Of a stretch of DNA of 64,000 nucleotides, positions 62,065 through 64,000 are shown in pieces (the first letter of the stretch is position 1; the number at the start of each line of letters is the position of its first letter). Under the pieces are notes generated by a model that was not told the DNA's origin, searched no databases, and saw only the letters and a program-made list of their open reading frames with translations. The DNA lies in assembly GCA_051294905.1 (NCBI GenBank), contig CM119374.1, positions 11,532,001-11,596,000 on the forward strand. The letters run 5' to 3'. A program made the translations under genes and the position numbers. The stretch comes from Botryllus schlosseri (taxonomy: Eukaryota).

Positions 62065-62297
62065 ATGCATGCATATCGGCAATTTGAGGTCATCATGTTC
62101 CGTCTGAGCTCCGGCCACTGTAAGCTTAACGCTCATATTTTTTTTAGAGTAGGATGTTCAGATACTCCGCTCTGTCTTCATTGTAATATCGCCGAAACCG
62201 TCGACCATTTTCTACTGAACTGTGCAAGATATGATTTTCAACGGTCCTTTCTCATTGAGTCCTGCCGTAATCATGGCATCCCATTCATGAGTCATGA
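62065..62297 (+). mobile_element. 3' fragment of a non-LTR retrotransposon ORF2 (I/Nimb/Ingi-like C-terminal CCHC region)
   Basis: RLSSGHCKLNAH...DTPLCLHCNIAETVDHFLLNCARY matches the RLRTGHxxLNxH...CxxCxxxETxxHxLxxC motif. Confidence 0.8.
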
Positions 62298-62305
62298 CTT
62301 ACAAC

Positions 62306-62764
62306 TAGAGCAAGTTTTTGCAACTTTTTTTACAGCTTCCGTGGCAGCTTCCTATACACTCGCAAGATATGTAGAATGATGTTTTAAGCTGTTTGAAGGA
62401 ATCTTATAGTGCAACTTTTTGCAATTTTTGTCCATTTTTTTCCATGCAACTTTTTGCAACTTTTTTGATTTTTCATGAAAGTATTTTTTGATTTTGGTGA
62501 AATACACGGCCAAATTCGACTGAAATACCGTAAATCAGCACTGAAGTAACGCTCTTACGGGTATTTCGGGAGCTGAGCCGGAAAGTTGACCTTTTTTTAG
62601 TCAATCAATAGAGAATGCGGATGGAAAACTGTATTTCCGGAGTGGCACTAGGAAGTTGACCTCTTTTTTTTAGTCAACCGAGCAAAATGTGGTCTTTTAC
62701 TGCAACTTTTGTCAAAAATAAATGCAGCTTTCCACGGATTTAACTGCAACAAAAACTTGCCCTA
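62306..62764. mobile_element. hAT-type MITE, second copy of the 50129-50533 family
   Basis: TAGAGCAAGTTTTTG / CAAAAACTTGCCCTA; TSD CTTACAAC vs CTTATAAC (7/8). Confidence 0.88.
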
Positions 62765-63124
62765 CTTATAACCTATAGCAGGGGCGGGCAACTTCTCCAG
62801 TCGGCGGGCCGGATATGGGAAAATTAAATACTTGGCGGGCCGGATTGCTGAATCGAAACATTATTCGCCCATTTATCCACATATACAAGGAATAAATCGT
62901 ATTTAACGAATGTATTTTAACGACAGCAATGTCACTTCAAAGCCATTTCTCGCCAATAATGACGAAGATAATGTGGATTTGAGAACAGCATTGTCATACA
63001 GGCGCCACCATGTTTGCTTCTCTGTGATCGATCAACACGATGCAATGCCTAATTACGATTTCAAGGCGTTCGATAAGCCCGGTACCCCCAATTCACCAAT
63101 ATATCTCTTCATTAGGGCTTAGTA

Positions 63125-63890
63125 CAGGGGTGGCCAACCTTTTTGCCACTCATGTAGCCTATACGGCCGCATTCCAGGGCATAGTCGTAATGAACTATCT
63201 GGGCGCCAAATACACATGTTAAAGTCTCTATGTCCTTTTCCGGTGAACTCCGGACTAGTCGATTTAATCACATAGGCTTACTATACGCATCGACTTCGCG
63301 AGTGGTCACTGGTGACTGGTCATGTTATAGGCCGTTCCAAATCGCGCGAAGCGCGAAAATGTTTTATGATTCATCTATGAATTTCTTCATAAATAATAGT
63401 ATTTTTCATATTATTTCTCATCGCATGTCATCAGATTCAACTTTAGATTTGATGGGGGGTGTGTTTTTCGAATATTTAGGAATAGATAAAAATGACGATG
63501 CATCTTCGGGTGGGCCAATTGTAATTAGTCACTTTGTTGCATGCTGTTATTTCTTGACCTACCATCAAGATTGTCCGTATAGTGAGGAGTACAAGACTCC
63601 GGGTTGGTACTTCTTGATGAGGCGCATCATTTTCATCTGGTGTTCACGTCTGTACTCTGGGGCTATGATTGCAAAGGGCGCCACTATATTAAAATCGATA
63701 AACGAAGTCACATTTAATCGCGCGCAGCGCGAAGAAAATTTTAAGATTAATTAGGATCTCTCAAAAAATCGAGACTCACTTTGTAAATTCAAATTGCATG
63801 TCGACGGCCGCCAACACATACGGTTTTAATTGAATTACTTTTCCACCGTCGCACAAATTTCCCTTCTACGGCCGCAGGTTGGCCACCCTG
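63125..63890. mobile_element. hAT-Charlie-type non-autonomous element (766 bp)
   Basis: CAGGGGTGGCCAACC / GGTTGGCCACCCTG; TSD GCTTAGTA vs GTTTAGTA (7/8). Confidence 0.85.
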
Positions 63891-64000
63891 GTTTAGTAGG
63901 TGACGAGATATAGCGTGGTTGTTCAACTGTGTGGCCTATTTTATCTCGATATTGAATTCATGCGGCCCGCGGCCTCTACGAAATTTGCAAGTGGCCCACG

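Noticed and set aside
63230-63754. 174-aa ORF as a gene
   Set aside because: Entirely inside the TSD-bounded element 63125-63890 with no recognisable domain.

Overview
Eukaryotic (invertebrate animal) genomic DNA with one clear host gene in a dense field of transposons. A PIAS-family SUMO E3 ligase gene on the + strand (ATG 39247 to stop 58602) can be assembled by hand from 11 GT-AG exons with consistent phases (1779 nt, 592 aa; SAP, PINIT, SP-RING, phospho-SIM). The left half is a nested transposon cluster. A Ty3/Gypsy (Mag-like) LTR element (15499-19710; 153-bp LTRs, GCAAC TSD, PBS, PPT) sits inside an unusual hAT-like transposase. That hAT appears to have inserted into a piggyBac-like MITE, and its left end seems to have been flipped by a ~5.1-kb TTAA-bounded inversion that also carries a Kolobok element. 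A near-identical 7,988-bp tandem duplication (17613-25600 / 25603-33590) ends exactly at a hAT terminus. About ten hAT MITEs with verifiable 8-bp TSDs, a tRNA-derived SINE and a LINE 3' fragment are also present. I found no CRISPR, rRNA or functional tRNA, and no convincing novel multi-gene system. The most interesting signals are the rearrangements and the atypical transposase. All family assignments come from motif recognition, not database searches.
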